A stretch of 64,000 bases of DNA. Origin: Octopus bimaculoides (taxonomy: Eukaryota). The DNA lies in contig NC_068983.1 of NCBI RefSeq assembly GCF_001194135.2, positions 84,400,397 to 84,464,396 on the forward strand, read 5' to 3'. Both the position numbers and the translations under genes were made by a program. Shown piece after piece: positions 37,174 through 50,359 of the stretch (position 1 is its first letter; each line of letters opens with the position of its first letter). The notes under the pieces were generated by a model. It had not been told where the DNA came from, did no database searches, and worked only from the letters and a program-made list of their open reading frames with translations.

Positions 37174-37380
37174 GTATGGTGTCTGTGTTTGTCTCCCCAA
37201 CATCGCTTGACAACTGATGCTCGTGTTTACCTCCCCGTAACTTAGCGGTTCGGCAAAAGAAACTGATAGAATAAGTACTAGGCTTCCAAAGAATAAATCC
37301 TGGGGGCGATTTGCTCGACTAAAGGTGGTGCTCCAGCATGGCCACAGTCAAAAGACTGAAACAAGTAAAAGAGTAAAAAA
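36965..37380 (+). mobile_element. Composite SINE B + (AT)n + D
   Basis: Complete head-to-tail copy with retained A/B-box-like motifs. Confidence 0.85.
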
Positions 37381-37789
37381 GTTGTAGATATTGATGGGTA
37401 CCAAGACTGTTTCAGGTCCAAGGTTCTTTTATGATTCATGGTTTTATGCATATTTGTGATTTTGTTTGGTCTTGTTGCTCCTGAATTTTTAGAATTCCCT
37501 CTTGCTTTTGGGATGTTTAATGGAAGGAAGGAGTAAAGTTGAGATCTATATAGAAAGGGATTATTTTACATTTTGTATCTGTCTTTTTGGGTGAATTTTA
37601 AAGGCTAATTTTCGAAAACTGCCTGATAAGAGTATTTGATATTGCTGAGTTTGTTATTATGACATATAAGTGTGGCTGTTGATGATGATGCTACTTGTAT
37701 GTAGTGTTTTATTGTTGGTTTTCTAGTTTGCCTTTGCGGTTGTCTCTGGTTTTTATGAGCCTAGCTATTTCTGATGTATCAGTTTCATG

Positions 37790-38140
37790 ACCGTTACCAA
37801 CATCGCCTTCCTGGCACTTGTGCCAGTGGCACATGAAAAGACATTCGAGCGAGTTCGTTGCCAGTACCGCTGGACTGGCTCCTATGCAGGTGGCACGTAA
37901 AATACACCATTTCGAGCGTGGCTGTTGCCAGTACCTCCTGACTGGCCTTTGTGCCGGTGACACGTAAAAGTACCCACTACACTCTCTGAGTGGTTGACGT
38001 TAGGAAGGGCATCCAGCTGTAGAAACTCTGCCAAATCAGATTGGAGCCTGGTGTAGCCATCTGGTTTTCACCAGTCCTCAGTCAAATCGTCCAACCCATG
38101 CTAGCATGGAAAGCGGACGTTAAATGATGATGATGATGAT
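37790..38140 (+). mobile_element. RTE 3'-UTR copy with tandem hairpin subunits
   Basis: Matches 5110-5460 and ends in (GAT)n. Confidence 0.8.
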
Positions 38141-38465
38141 GGTGGTACTTTGAAGGATGTGTTATTTTTTTTTTTGTTTTTGCTTTTTTAGAGACGCCTA
38201 TAATTATTTTGTTGAATATATGTACTACAGTGCTTACATTGGTGATTGTGATGTTTGTAGATATTTTGAAAACCTTGATTGTTCTAGGAAATCGTTCCTA
38301 TAATGCTTTTTTGAAGTTAATAAAAAGTGTTTTTGTTTTCTTCAATGATGTACGAGTGTGTTGTGGGGAAATTGTCTGCCAAGATAGCTAGGTATCTGAA
38401 GCAGAGGTGGGAGGATTGGACGTTTGGAGAAGAGATGCTGAGCGAATGAGTGCGCGTTCACTCAC

Positions 38466-38620
38466 AGTAATACATCAACATAATTGATCTTGTTTCCTTT
38501 TAATAGACAACCAGCCAAACGTGTATTACTGAACAACGGTTTGTTTTGCACTCAAAACAAAGCGATAACGTGGTCTGATTTGCTCTGGTAGTAGTATTAT
38601 GGCAAAAGGATCTAGGTCAA
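38466..38620 (-). promoter_or_regulatory. Candidate first exon/promoter of a minus-strand gene
   Basis: Consensus donor GTGAGT begins at 38465 on the minus strand, with an ATG at 38481-38479. Lies at the transition from CpG-depleted to CpG-retaining sequence. Confidence 0.3.
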
Positions 38621-38756
38621 ACAGAAATAATATAATTTATTGTATCTTTTTGTGAAACAGCGAATACATTTTTACACACTCATACATACACATCTGTGTG
38701 TGTGTGTATGCATGTGTGTACGTGCGGTGTATGTATATATAGATATATATATAATG

Positions 38757-38788
<32 letters not shown>

Positions 38789-39729
38789 NNNNNNNNNNNN
38801 NNNNNNNNNNNNNNNNNNNNNNNNNNNNNNNNNNNNNNNNNNNNNNNNNNNNNNNNNNNNNNNNNNNNNNNNNNNNNNNNNNNNNNNNNNNNNNNNNNNN
38901 NNNNNNNNNNNNNNNNNNNNNNNNNNNNNNNNNNNNNNNNNNNNNNNNNNNNNNNNNNNNNNNNNNNNNNNNNNNNNNNNNNNNNNNNNNNNNNNNNNNN
39001 NNNNNNNNNNNNNNNNNNNNNNNNNNNNNNNNNNNNNNNNNNNNNNNNNNNNNNNNNNNNNNNNNNNNNNNNNNNNNNNNNNNNNNNNNNNNNNNNNNNN
39101 NNNNNNNNNNNNNNNNNNNNNNNNNNNNNNNNNNNNNNNNNNNNNNNNNNNNNNNNNNNNNNNNNNNNNNNNNNNNNNNNNNNNNNNNNNNNNNNNNNNN
39201 NNNNNNNNNNNNNNNNNNNNNNNNNNNNNNNNNNNNNNNNNNNNNNNNNNNNNNNNNNNNNNNNNNNNNNNNNNNNNNNNNNNNNNNNNNNNNNNNNNNN
39301 NNNNNNNNNNNNNNNNNNNNNNNNNNNNNNNNNNNNNNNNNNNNNNNNNNNNNNNNNNNNNNNNNNNNNNNNNNNNNNNNNNNNNNNNNNNNNNNNNNNN
39401 NNNNNNNNNNNNNNNNNNNNNNNNNNNNNNNNNNNNNNNNNNNNNNNNNNNNNNNNNNNNNNNNNNNNNNNNNNNNNNNNNNNNNNNNNNNNNNNNNNNN
39501 NNGCCCCTCTGTGCCGATTTTGGTCAATTTTTTGCACTACGCACTTAAAAAACGATGAGAGAAGCCTTTTCTGTAAAAAAAAGAAAAAAAATTGAAACAG
39601 TCGAAAAGGTGTGTGATTTAAGGGAGATTTAGCTGTTGTTTCTAGCACATCTCACGATCACCTTGTACCTTCCTCGTTCGACCCAGGTTCAATTTCCAGC
39701 ATGGGAGTTAGCATTATTGTTTTTATAGA

Positions 39730-40065
39730 CACAGGCATGCTTGTGTGGTACTGCGCGGCATCTAGGGCAAGTGTCTTCTATAGTTTCGTGGGTGGACCAA
39801 AGACTTGAGTGGATTTGGTAGGCGGAAACTTAAAGAAGCTCGTCGTATATATATATGTTCTTGTCTGTGTTTGTCCCTCGCCCATGCTTGATAACCGATG
39901 TTGGTGTGTTTACGTCCTCGTAACTTAGCGGTTCGGCAAAAGAGACTGGTAGAATAAGTACTAGACTTACAAAGAATAAGTCCTGGGGTCGATTTGTTCG
40001 ACTAAAGGCGGTGCTCCAGCATGGTCGCAGTCAAATGACTGAAACAAATAAAAGAAATAAAGTAA
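39730..40065 (+). mobile_element. Composite SINE B + D
   Basis: Matches 36965-37380 and retains CpGs. Confidence 0.8.
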
Positions 40066-42286
40066 AAATGTTTTATATACACGCAGTCAGACGAGGAAGA
40101 TGTCGGTTAGAATGGCTTTCAAAATAGTCTTCGGTCAAAGCTAGCCTGATATATTTTCCTTCATTTCCTTTTCTATTGAATATTTTTTTGTTTATTTACA
40201 TCTTACTTTCTTTTGATTAAACAATAACTAAATAAAATCCACCCAAATAACATTGGTATGAAATAACAGGTTTGGCGCTATGACTCATAGGGAAGTAGAA
40301 GCAAAACGTTTTTGTAATGCAAAATCGTCGGTTGGGTGTTACTAACTGAGCTTTTATTTACTTCTACATTGAAACACGTCTCATAAATTCCGACGTCTCC
40401 TTTCACATATCTCTGAGATATTTAGCAGTCGCTTTTTCTACTATACATTTTCTTCTTTTCTACCTGTAGAATCACGTTTTTTTTTTCTTTTTCTTTAAAA
40501 AAAATTCCTCTGTTGTCTTCTGGTATAATGAACATTTAATATGAATGATCTCAGAAGACAAACGGACAAATAATTTTTCATTGATCACGAAAGGAAAAAA
40601 CCCAAATGTAAAATTTGCCTTTGATCTAATACATCCTTTTCTACTAGAGGAACACGGCCTGAAATTTTGCGGGGAGGGGTCTAGTCGGCCCTAGTACTTC
40701 TTTTATCGATCCCGAAAGGCAATGTCGACCTCAATAGAATTTGAACTTGGAACGTAAAGACGAAGCTCGCCGCTTTTGATCTACTAAATTAACAAAGGGG
40801 GATGTTATAACTACATACTTACAAATCAATTAAATTAATCTCTTCCTGTAGGCTTATTAAAAATAAATAACTGCTTTTTACTTGCAGACATAAAAATCAA
40901 ATTTAGAAAAAGAAAAAAAAGTGTAATTAATTGATAAAATTAATTACCCGTTATTTTTATATTTCATTATTGTCATTAGTAAAGTGTAGTTATAAATTTC
41001 AGAAATATTAAATTATTACGAAATGAATTAAGCACAGTTTTTTAGGGACCTTTTTTTTCTATTTCCATTCTATAACGAAATAGATATGTTCTTAGGTTTA
41101 ATGTTAACAATTTTAAGTCTATATTATCATTCAAGCATTAACATATTTTAGAAATAGTAAAAATGAAATAGATATATTCCATATAAATTACACTTAATCT
41201 TTCTCGACATAATTGTATTCTATAAATAAAAGAAATTAATTTGAGTTGGAATATTTAATTGGGATGAAACAATATACAGTTTAAAAAATTGTTTTCTGCA
41301 TAAATCAGAAATAGTGCCTATGTCAGAAATGAGAACAGTTTCGTTCACGTGTTTAATGCCTTTATCATTCGTTCATCATCACATCACATTCCCACTCTTC
41401 CTTTTTAACTCTGAAGCTTTATAACTACAGCCATATTGAATTGTGTTGTGGCAAGTGGAAACTGAAAAATACAGGACATAAAAAAATAAAAAATTCTAAA
41501 TTTTATTATTTTAGTGTGATTCTAATGTAAACCACTGGTAACTACAATAAATTCATACATATTAAATACTAGTATTGACATTCTTTGCAAAGACAACCGA
41601 CTGAGATGGTGTTGGGGGTAGTGATGGACTAATAGCAACCTGCCAAGGCGGTTTTGTCTTCGTATGATGTTTATAATCGAAATCACTTACACACCCATGC
41701 ATAAATACTAAGACTATGCATTTTGCATACCATATATTTAATTACCTACTCACATATTGATACAAATAATATTCAACATATGTACTATTATTTACAACTA
41801 CATTGGTTCATTTTGTTTTAAAAAATCTAAAAATGAACTGTAATCGAATAATAACTGCCAAAAATAATGTTACTTAAGAACTGGGTGTAACAGACTTTCA
41901 CATGTAAATGTCACAATAAAATATAGGCATTATGTAATTTAGTTGAAAAACGAATTTAAAAAAGAAAAACTATAACACATAAATTTTCAATTTATCTTCT
42001 GCTTTGCCTCGTTACACTTCAGAAAATGGCTAAGAACATTTGAAAGCAGTTGCTATGTTAAATGAGGTCCATTCGGCAACTATTTAATTTCCCTCCCAAT
42101 TACGATTATTATACACACGCACAAGCACGATTTCTTATAAACCAGTGTTTCCCGAAGTAGGTTTTCCACGAACCTCAGGGTTTTTGCGAGATGACTTTTA
42201 AATAAAATTTGATACAAATTCACTTTATTAACGAATAGTATTCACCATTTTAAGTTACAATATATCTGTTAATCCCTTCATATATA

Positions 42287-42358
<72 letters not shown>

Positions 42359-45300
42359 GCACACATATATGTACGGTAACTGATGAAGTTTATATTCAAC
42401 AAGTAAAATGCTCTGTCCCTGTAAATGCATGAAAGATTATTTTTATTTACTTCTTTCTCCCTTTTGTTAAATCAAATGTATTTATACAACCAGTTAGAGA
42501 TTCAACAAGCAGGTTCCAAATAAAATATAAACACCGTTGTAACATGGTATGATACCTAAATAGATTATTATTTTACTACTTGATTCAGCAAGAAGAATTA
42601 GATGTTGATGCCTTTTTATTTTTTCACAAAAAGCCTAATCGATGAAGTTGAATTAACCTCATTGGGAACCGAAATGGTGGTTTTAGTTATATGTGAGCAT
42701 TGCTGTCTACAAACGAATTACATATTTTATCAAGTTTAGTTCAACACAATCATTACTAGATTACCCTATGGTAGACCTCACTTGTATGTTACCTTTAATT
42801 AATATTCATATTTCTCCTTTTGCTTATCTATAACAAAATGTTTAAATGATCTTCAGAAAAATTCTGAAGGTATTTTAGATGGAAGAATGGAAGCTATCTT
42901 AATCGATTCTTGCTTTGGTAGTCACACCATTTATTATAATTATATTCAGCAGTGTATTGCAGATGTAAGCTTATCCAGTCCAGTTTCAAATCCTAATGGA
43001 TGCTATTAACGTTAAATAAAAATAAAATAAAAACGTTCTTAACAGTGTAAATTTCATCCCTATTTCTCAATAAAACTGATGACCTAAGTGCAAGAAATAT
43101 ACTTTTTAATAATACTGCGTTTTAACCTCCATTTATTCTCATTAGTACGCATTAAAAGAGATCACTATCTGAAGCTGTTGATTATTTTGTAACTTTCTTT
43201 TGTAAATTAAGTTATCATTACGTGATAAAATTCTAACTTAAACTTCTTTGGGCTTCTTTTAATTGTTGAAATTACACTTTAGTCGAACAGCCATAAAGAA
43301 ATCTTATTTTTAAAGTTTTTTTTTTAATATCCGCCTGAATTTTTCAATTTATAACACGATATAAAGTAGACACAGTTGGTTATTTTTCATATTTACTTTC
43401 ATATTGAACATAAATTTAATCCCTGTCTTTAATATAAACAACTATCTTATTGCGCCATAATATTTTCTCTTCACAAAACATTTTCTTTCTGCTGTTGATA
43501 CAACGATATCATTTTATTAAACACACCCTCGATTTCAGTCTTCCACAATGGACTGGTGGACACTCACGCATCTATACATTAATCATGCATAAATGAATAT
43601 AAAGAAGTATTCCTCTTAAAATACTCGCTAAAAAGATTTGTTTTCAGAAATCTCGCAGGATAGTCAACCTGATAGTTTGCAAAATCAATTTTCTTCTATT
43701 ATGTTATTAATTCAATTGGGATTGGTATGAACATCCTAGTTTAACTGAATAACTTGTGCAATAATTAAAAATTTGTCTGGTCAATTTTCTGATTAGAGAA
43801 TTAGACTATATAGAGTGTACGACACACACACATATATACGTATGTGTATACACACACTAATACGCAAGCACCTATGTGTGTGAACATGTCTAAGTACATA
43901 AATATTGTCTTACTGGATTAGTATAGAATTAAAATATTAACACTACATGTTGCCTTTAAAAGTGAAACAGCGAGTCTTCAATAATAAGTTCAATAACTAA
44001 ATATTGATGACTAAAATAGCTATATCTTTTCTCTTAATAATTATGGCGGACGAGGCTGTTCTCTTCTCGATTCATGCTAACAGTCAATTTTATTAAAAAT
44101 AACTGACTTACGTGGCCATTTAATCTACAGAATTAAACTTCTAATAAATATCTCTACCGTAATTATGTCATTGTCTAACTAAAACTCAGCTAACGTTCAT
44201 GAGAAAGTCATGATTTTCGCTATAACGTCACATTTATTGATTGTATATAAGTCGCCTGATGGCGAAAAATGTTTTATTGAATACCTTGAAACAAAAGAAA
44301 AAAAACCCCCAAAACTTGAATTTCCATTTGTACCTGACAATCTACACATAAAAAAATGGACAAAATATTAGTTTTGTAAATTTTCAGAACGATAAGGTTT
44401 TTGGTAGCCCACAATATACTCTATATACATGCACAATTATATTTATAATATATACACTCACTCATACTAACATTTTTATTCATCCGTTTATACATACATA
44501 TGCACAAACGTATGCCCTCATGTATATGTATACACATACACATCTTTTATCTTTTGTTTCAGACATTAGACTGCAGCCATGCTGGAGCACCGCATCGAAG
44601 AATTTTAGTCGAACGAATCGACCTCAGTACTTTATATATATTTACGGCTCTGGTTCTGAAGAACTGCAGAAATAATTCGAAAACTAAAATGAAATCGGTG
44701 CTACCAGCCTATTAGTGTGCGACCTCCCTGGGCCTGTTACATTATTATGCAAACTACTTTAGATATATTACACTGCAGATTGAAAAGAAAACTGCCATAT
44801 AATTGATTAGACTCATAATTTTCATTATAACAAAAGAAAAACTGTACAATATGATTTATTAATAACATTCTTTATTATGATAAAACAAAACCGTGCAACA
44901 TGAGTAATAGCATCACATCCTTTAATGGCATACTATTCGTATTAGCATTTAGAAATTCTACAAATACAGCATCTTTTTCTTTTTTCCTTTAGAACCTTCC
45001 AGCAAATGTGGTCAATGTGCAGAACCTGGCCCCTATTTAACATTCTCCTACATCTGTAGATCAGTGAATTTTGCTTCCTTGATTTGGAGTTATTGGTAAA
45101 CCTACACAAGTGTGCCTAGAAAATTTCATTTAAAAATGTCTATTTTAAAAAAAGTTACGAAGAAATAAAATCGGGTGGCACACAGGGCATACCCATACAT
45201 GTATGCTCCCCCACCGACTTCGTTTCCTTGTAACTTTAAGAAAAAAATAGATATTTTTAATGAAATTTTTCCATCATTCTCATTCTCCGTACCAACCTAT

Positions 45301-45362
45301 CTTCGTGCACGATGGAAAACGATAGCCTGCCCCTCGCACCTCTTCACAGCTATATATCACAG

Positions 45363-45636
45363 CAGGGGTTTTCAAACTGTGGTCCGCAAGGACAAGACAG
45401 GGGGTCCGAGGACAGCAAATACTTTTTATGGGCAATTTGATTTTATATATGTTTTTTAATCGAAATCTTTTAATTGACAATAAACCTATTTTGTTAAATA
45501 CTGTTAAATAAATGTAAAAATATGTTATTTTAAGCAAATATTTATGTATAAATTTCTTAAGCGTTTATAAGGGGGTCCCTAAGGTAAAGCCTGAAATATA
45601 AAGGTGTCCGCAAGTCAAAAAGTTTGAAAACCCCTG
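45363..45636. mobile_element. hAT-type MITE
   Basis: Perfect 16-bp TIRs CAGGGGTTTTCAAACT and AGTTTGAAAACCCCTG. The 8-bp flanks TATCACAG/ACTTACAG match at 5 of 8. Confidence 0.8.
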
Positions 45637-45709
45637 ACTTACAGTATTGAAAAAAAAATTTACTATTGTGCTCAAGGGTATTTCCATTACAATTACAAAA
45701 AAATAGCGT

Positions 45710-46026
45710 TTTTTTTCGTGTCCGCCAAATTAGCAATAGTTCTAAAATTTTGCACAAACTCAGATCGCAATGTAATTTATTGTTCATCTCCGGTTAATGC
45801 AATTTCCTATCCGGATAGAACGTGAAGTGAGGCACTCTTTGCGGGGGCATCGAAGTCTAGGCATGTTATTTCCTCCCCCAGTCACGTTTCCTTCTGTTCT
45901 TGCACATCGACTTGCAAGACCACATCGATGGCAAGGGTCTGCTTCTTGTGACTCCGACCAGAAGAGATTGGTGAAGATGACATTTCCGTAGAAATCTCTC
46001 AACAGCATTGTACAGGGCAAACTCAT
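45710..46026 (-). pseudogene. Probable Merlin/ISXO2-like transposase N-terminal remnant
   Basis: MLLRDFYGNVIF...PCHRCG...RLRCPRKECLTSRSIRIGN, then after a frameshift NNKLHCDLSLCKILELLLIW. Resembles the CxxC...RCxxxxC...SIRxG zinc-ribbon region of Merlin transposases (recognised from memory, not searched). Confidence 0.55.
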
Positions 46027-46309
46027 TTCAGAGAAATATTCTCGGCTTGATCTTTAGAAGGATACTAATGTGGTATTCGTTGGTCACCTTGTCTTAAGGT
46101 CAGGTCAAATAGGATTTTCATTGATGACAACCTGAAATAGAAAATTCTGAAAATGGAAAAACAAGCAGTCTGATACATTGCGCATGCGTATATCTTGATG
46201 CACGAAAGAAAGTTTCTTGAAATTTTTTCTGAATTGTTAATTTAGAATTTTGTGAATTAGAAAAAAAAATTTCAAATGAGTTTACCCTGTACAAATTAAC
46301 AATAGCATC

Positions 46310-46860
46310 CCAAACATGACCATCCAATCCTTTAAAATATTCTAAACCTTGACCATCTTGGATTTCTCTAAAAGTGTCCCAGCAGTGTTCATCTAGTTTT
46401 TTAACGCTTTCCATCCAACATTCCTAACGTGAGCAACCTATCTGTTTTAAAATTCCCAACTGTGACCATCCCATCTTTTTAAAAACGTTCTAGCTGTGAC
46501 CATGGAGTCTTTTAAAAATGTATATTCCAGTTATGACTATCAACTTTTAAAAAAAATCTTCAATCCTAAGTTGTAGTGTCTGATATTTTACTTGGATTTT
46601 TCCAATGAGATAGACTTTGAGAAGGTACAAAATAATTGATGATTCCTTAAAAAAAAATTGCGTAGTCACTCTTGGAGCATGGCTTTTAAAATGTTTCTGA
46701 TGGTTAAAAGTTAAAACGTTTTGAAAAACTGGACGATCGCAGTTGATGTTTTAAAAATATTGAATGAATATAGTAAAATGCCTTAAATCTAGATGGACAC
46801 GGCTGAAAGGTTTTAAAAAATGGGTGGTTACTGGTGAAATGCTTTTATAAAAGGACACCC
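46310..46860. repeat. Degenerate modular inverted repeat built from about 34-bp subunits
   Basis: Units like TGTGACCATCCCATCTTTTTAAAAACGTTCTAGC are repeated at 46310-46560, with reverse-complement units at 46680-46860. Confidence 0.55.
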
Positions 46861-47185
46861 ATTCGCCAGAAAATTCAAAGCATACATTAGCAAGGATCTA
46901 TGAATTGCTATTTATAATATGTGACACTCCAAATTCTTTCCTGTTAACGCATACCTCTTTAAGTTAGTTTGGTCCATAAATTCCAAAGGAAAGGACAAAG
47001 CCAATAACAATAAAAGTAAATAAAATAGCAATACATATAGGTGCAGGCATGGCTGTGTGGTAAATAAGCTTGCTTTCCAATCACATGGCTCTGGGTTCAG
47101 TTCCACTGCGTGATATCTTGGGCAAGTCTCTTCTACTATAGCCTCAGACCGACCGAAGCCTTGTGAGTGGAAGCCCGTCTCTCTC

Positions 47186-47231
<46 letters not shown>

Positions 47232-47483
47232 CCAACCCACTATCCGGCACCGTCCAATTCTCTAACGGTTTTTTTCAAATGAATCAAGTCATAACCTTAT
47301 CCAACTATTGTTTTCATAATCGGTCATAATGTCTTACGTTTAAGATGATTCCCATGCATTCCCTGAAGAGAAGGTTACAATTTTAATATCAAAGATCCCT
47401 ATGGATCACACAGGTTGTAATCCTTTGAAACATATGTAGGAATAAAGTATGCAATTATAACATGCGTTTTCTCCATTCCTTAA

Positions 47484-47514
<31 letters not shown>

Positions 47515-47517
<3 letters not shown>

Positions 47518-47641
47518 GACAATTATTCGGTTGCCATAAGCATTTTTGTTTGTCTTAATAATTGACGAGATGCAGGAGCAGATTTCCGCTACGACACCCG
47601 AAACTCGGAGTTTTATTATGGCAACCGAATAATTGTCACAT
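47515..47641. mobile_element. Tc1/mariner-type MITE next to (TA)n
   Basis: Perfect 23-bp inverted repeat TGACAATTATTCGGTTGCCATAA (47517-47539/47616-47638) with TA-rich flanks. Confidence 0.7.
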
Positions 47642-48119
47642 ATTACAGATAAATTCCTCTATTTACATAATATCGAGGTCTCATTCATTCTTTTGTTGTC
47701 ATACTATTACTATATATATATATATATAAACAATATATGAGTATATGCACACATATGTACATGTATGTATATACGTTCATCCACATGTACATATAGATAC
47801 ATAACTGGGTACATGACGTGGCAAAACAACAAGGACAAAATGGTAAACAAGGTGCAACAAACAAGCAGGCCACATAGAAACATCCCCTTCATCAGCTGCC
47901 ACCATTAAAACTCCGATTAAAAAGGGTTATTAAAAAGGTAGAGAAACTCAATACTAATATTAGAGTAAAATTTATTGTAAATTTCGAATTGACTGGGACT
48001 TCAAATTTCGCTTATCGGATATTCAACCGAGTTGTGTAGGTCAATAGAAAATTAGAAGTCCCAGTCAGTTCCGAGTTTATATAAGAATATAATGAAAATG
48101 AAAATATATATATATATAT

Positions 48120-48565
48120 TCATTTTATCTAGTTTCAGCTCATGAGCTGTGGCCATGCTGGGGCACCGCCATTTGATGTTGCTACACAATTTTACTTCAC
48201 GAATTTTACTTCAGGAATTGACATTTGGTGCATGAGAGAGTTTGATGCAGCTGCTTTCATCTGCACCTCCTGCCGTGAAGTTGGTTCATCTGGGACACCT
48301 GACAGGAAGAGGTCCAGCCTCATCTTGAAGGCACCTACATCCACCGCATGCAGGTCTCTCAGGTTCTTCGGGAAAATATTGAAGAGCTGTGGACCTCTGA
48401 AGCCCAGGCTATTGCAGTATCTTGTCTTACATCTTGATGGCAAATTTGGAGTCCTTGGCGCTATGCAATGGCGTCCAGTTCTTTTATTTGTGTAACTTTC
48501 GATGCCAAAATTTGGGACAATTCCTTCGAGGATCTTCCAGATGTATATTATGGCATATCTTTCGG
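48120..48565 (-). mobile_element. CR1/L2-type LINE 3' end, 5'-truncated
   Basis: RYAIIYIWKILEGIVPNF...RGPQLFNIFPKNLRDL...FKMRLDLFLSGVPDEP...AAASNSL, stop at 48192-48194, then a tail matching family D SINE tails. Confidence 0.8.
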
Positions 48566-49751
48566 ATCTATTTCAAAACGGGGGCACCAGTATTTTCTTA
48601 ACGAAACACTTTGAAACTTGGGACACTGGTAGAATGTGTCATATAAAACATCTTTTACTCTTAGTCTTNNNNNNNNNNNNNNNNNNNNNNNNNNNNNNNN
48701 NNNNNNNNNNNNNNNNNNNNNNNNNNNNNNNNNNNNNNNNNNNNNNNNNNNNNNNNNNNNNNNNNNNNNNNNNNNNNNNNNNNNNNNNNNNNNNNNNNNN
48801 NNNNNNNNNNNNNNNNNNNNNNNNNNNNNNNNNNNNNNNNNNNNNNNNNNNNNNNNNNNNNNNNNNNNNNNNNNNNNNNNNNNNNNNNNNNNNNNNNNNN
48901 NNNNNNNNNNNNNNNNNNNNNNNNNNNNNNNNNNNNNNNNNNNNNNNNNNNNNNNNNNNNNNNNNNNNNNNNNNNNNNNNNNNNNNNNNNNNNNNNNNNN
49001 NNNNNNNNNNNNNNNNNNNNNNNNNNNNNNNNNNNNNNNNNNNNNNNNNNNNNNNNNNNNNNNNNNNNNNNNNNNNNNNNNNNNNNNNNNNNNNNNNNNN
49101 NNNNNNNNNNNNNNNNNNNNNNNNNNNNNNNNNNNNNNNNNNNNNNNNNNNNNNNNNNNNNNNNNNNNNNNNNNNNNNNNNNNNNNNNNNNNNNNNNNNN
49201 NNNNNNNNNNNNNNNNNNNNNNNNNNNNNNNNNNNNNNNNNNNNNNNNNNNNNNNNNNNNNNNNNNNNNNNNNNNNNNNNNNNNNNNNNNNNNNNNNNNN
49301 NNNNNNNNNNNNNNNNNNNNNNNNNNNNNNNNNNNNNNNNNNNNNNNNNNNNNNNNNNNNNNNNNNNNNNNNNNNNNNNNNNNNNNNNNNNNNNNNNNNN
49401 NNNNNNNNNNNNNNNNNNNNNNNNNNNNNNNNNNNNNNNNNNNNNNNNNNNNNNNNNNNNNNNNNNNNNNNNNNNNNNNNNNNNNNNNNNNNNNNNNNNN
49501 NNNNNNNNNNNNNNNNNNNNNNNNNNNNNNNNNNNNNNNNNNNNNNNNNNNNNNNNNNNNNNNNNNNNNNNNNNNNNNNNNNNNNNNNNNNNNNNNNNNN
49601 NNNNNNNNNNNNNNNNNNNNNNNNNNNNNNNATATTAGTAGTAGTAGTATTTTGCAAGCTTAAAACTCATAAGCGATCATTGTGCAATGGTTAAAGAAAA
49701 TAGTCTAATACTGGAGCATACACGACCTCGACGGAAAAAAAAGCAGGTTTT

Positions 49752-49825
49752 TCCGTATGCGTGGGACTCGAACCTAGATGTCTTTGTTTTCGTGACAAGT
49801 GTGCTAACCATTTAAACCATCGCCG
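49752..49825 (-). other. tRNA-like sequence (pseudogene or SINE head)
   Basis: Minus strand GCGATGGTTTAAATGGTTAGCAC...GGTTCGAGTCCC has A/B-box-like motifs, but the anticodon loop and acceptor stem are non-canonical. Confidence 0.4.
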
Positions 49826-50359
49826 AAAAAGCACCTCCCTCCAGACACATATAAACTCACTCTAAGTATTTTCTCTCAACTCTGTGTGTGTGTTTGTGTT
49901 CATGCATATACGTATATTAAAAAGGGTTATTAAAAAGCTAGGGAAACTCAATACTAATATTAGAGTAAAATTTGTAAATTCACTGGGACTTCAAATTTCG
50001 CTTATCGCATATTCAACCGAGTTGTGTAGGTCAATAGAAAATTCGAAGTCCCAGTCAGTTCCGAGTTTATATAAGAATATATTGCAGTAAATAGCTACAT
50101 ATATTTTAAAGAATAGAAAAGTTTTTCAACGAAAGTCTGTAATTAAATTTGTCATAGTTACGACTAATTTTTCCCGGAAAAATGTACGTAATTGTAGTTC
50201 AAGTTTCTCGAATGTTCGTACCAATCCGTTTTATTTACGACATAAAAAAGATTGAATGTCACAAAAACATTCAGCTTATCATTGCTATTAAACTACATTA
50301 TTTTTTAACAAGTTACCTATTTCATGAATATGTTTTTAAATTGAGGAATATGTATTTAT

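Noticed and set aside
35790-38400. GT-rich stretches between SINEs suggesting a decayed minus-strand LINE
   Set aside because: No diagnostic RT or endonuclease motif could be recovered by eye.
44655-44685. CTGAAGA...GAAA spacing (similar cases at about 22125, 47889 minus and 60175)
   Set aside because: Helices are missing or GAAA is absent, so chance matches are expected in AT-rich DNA.
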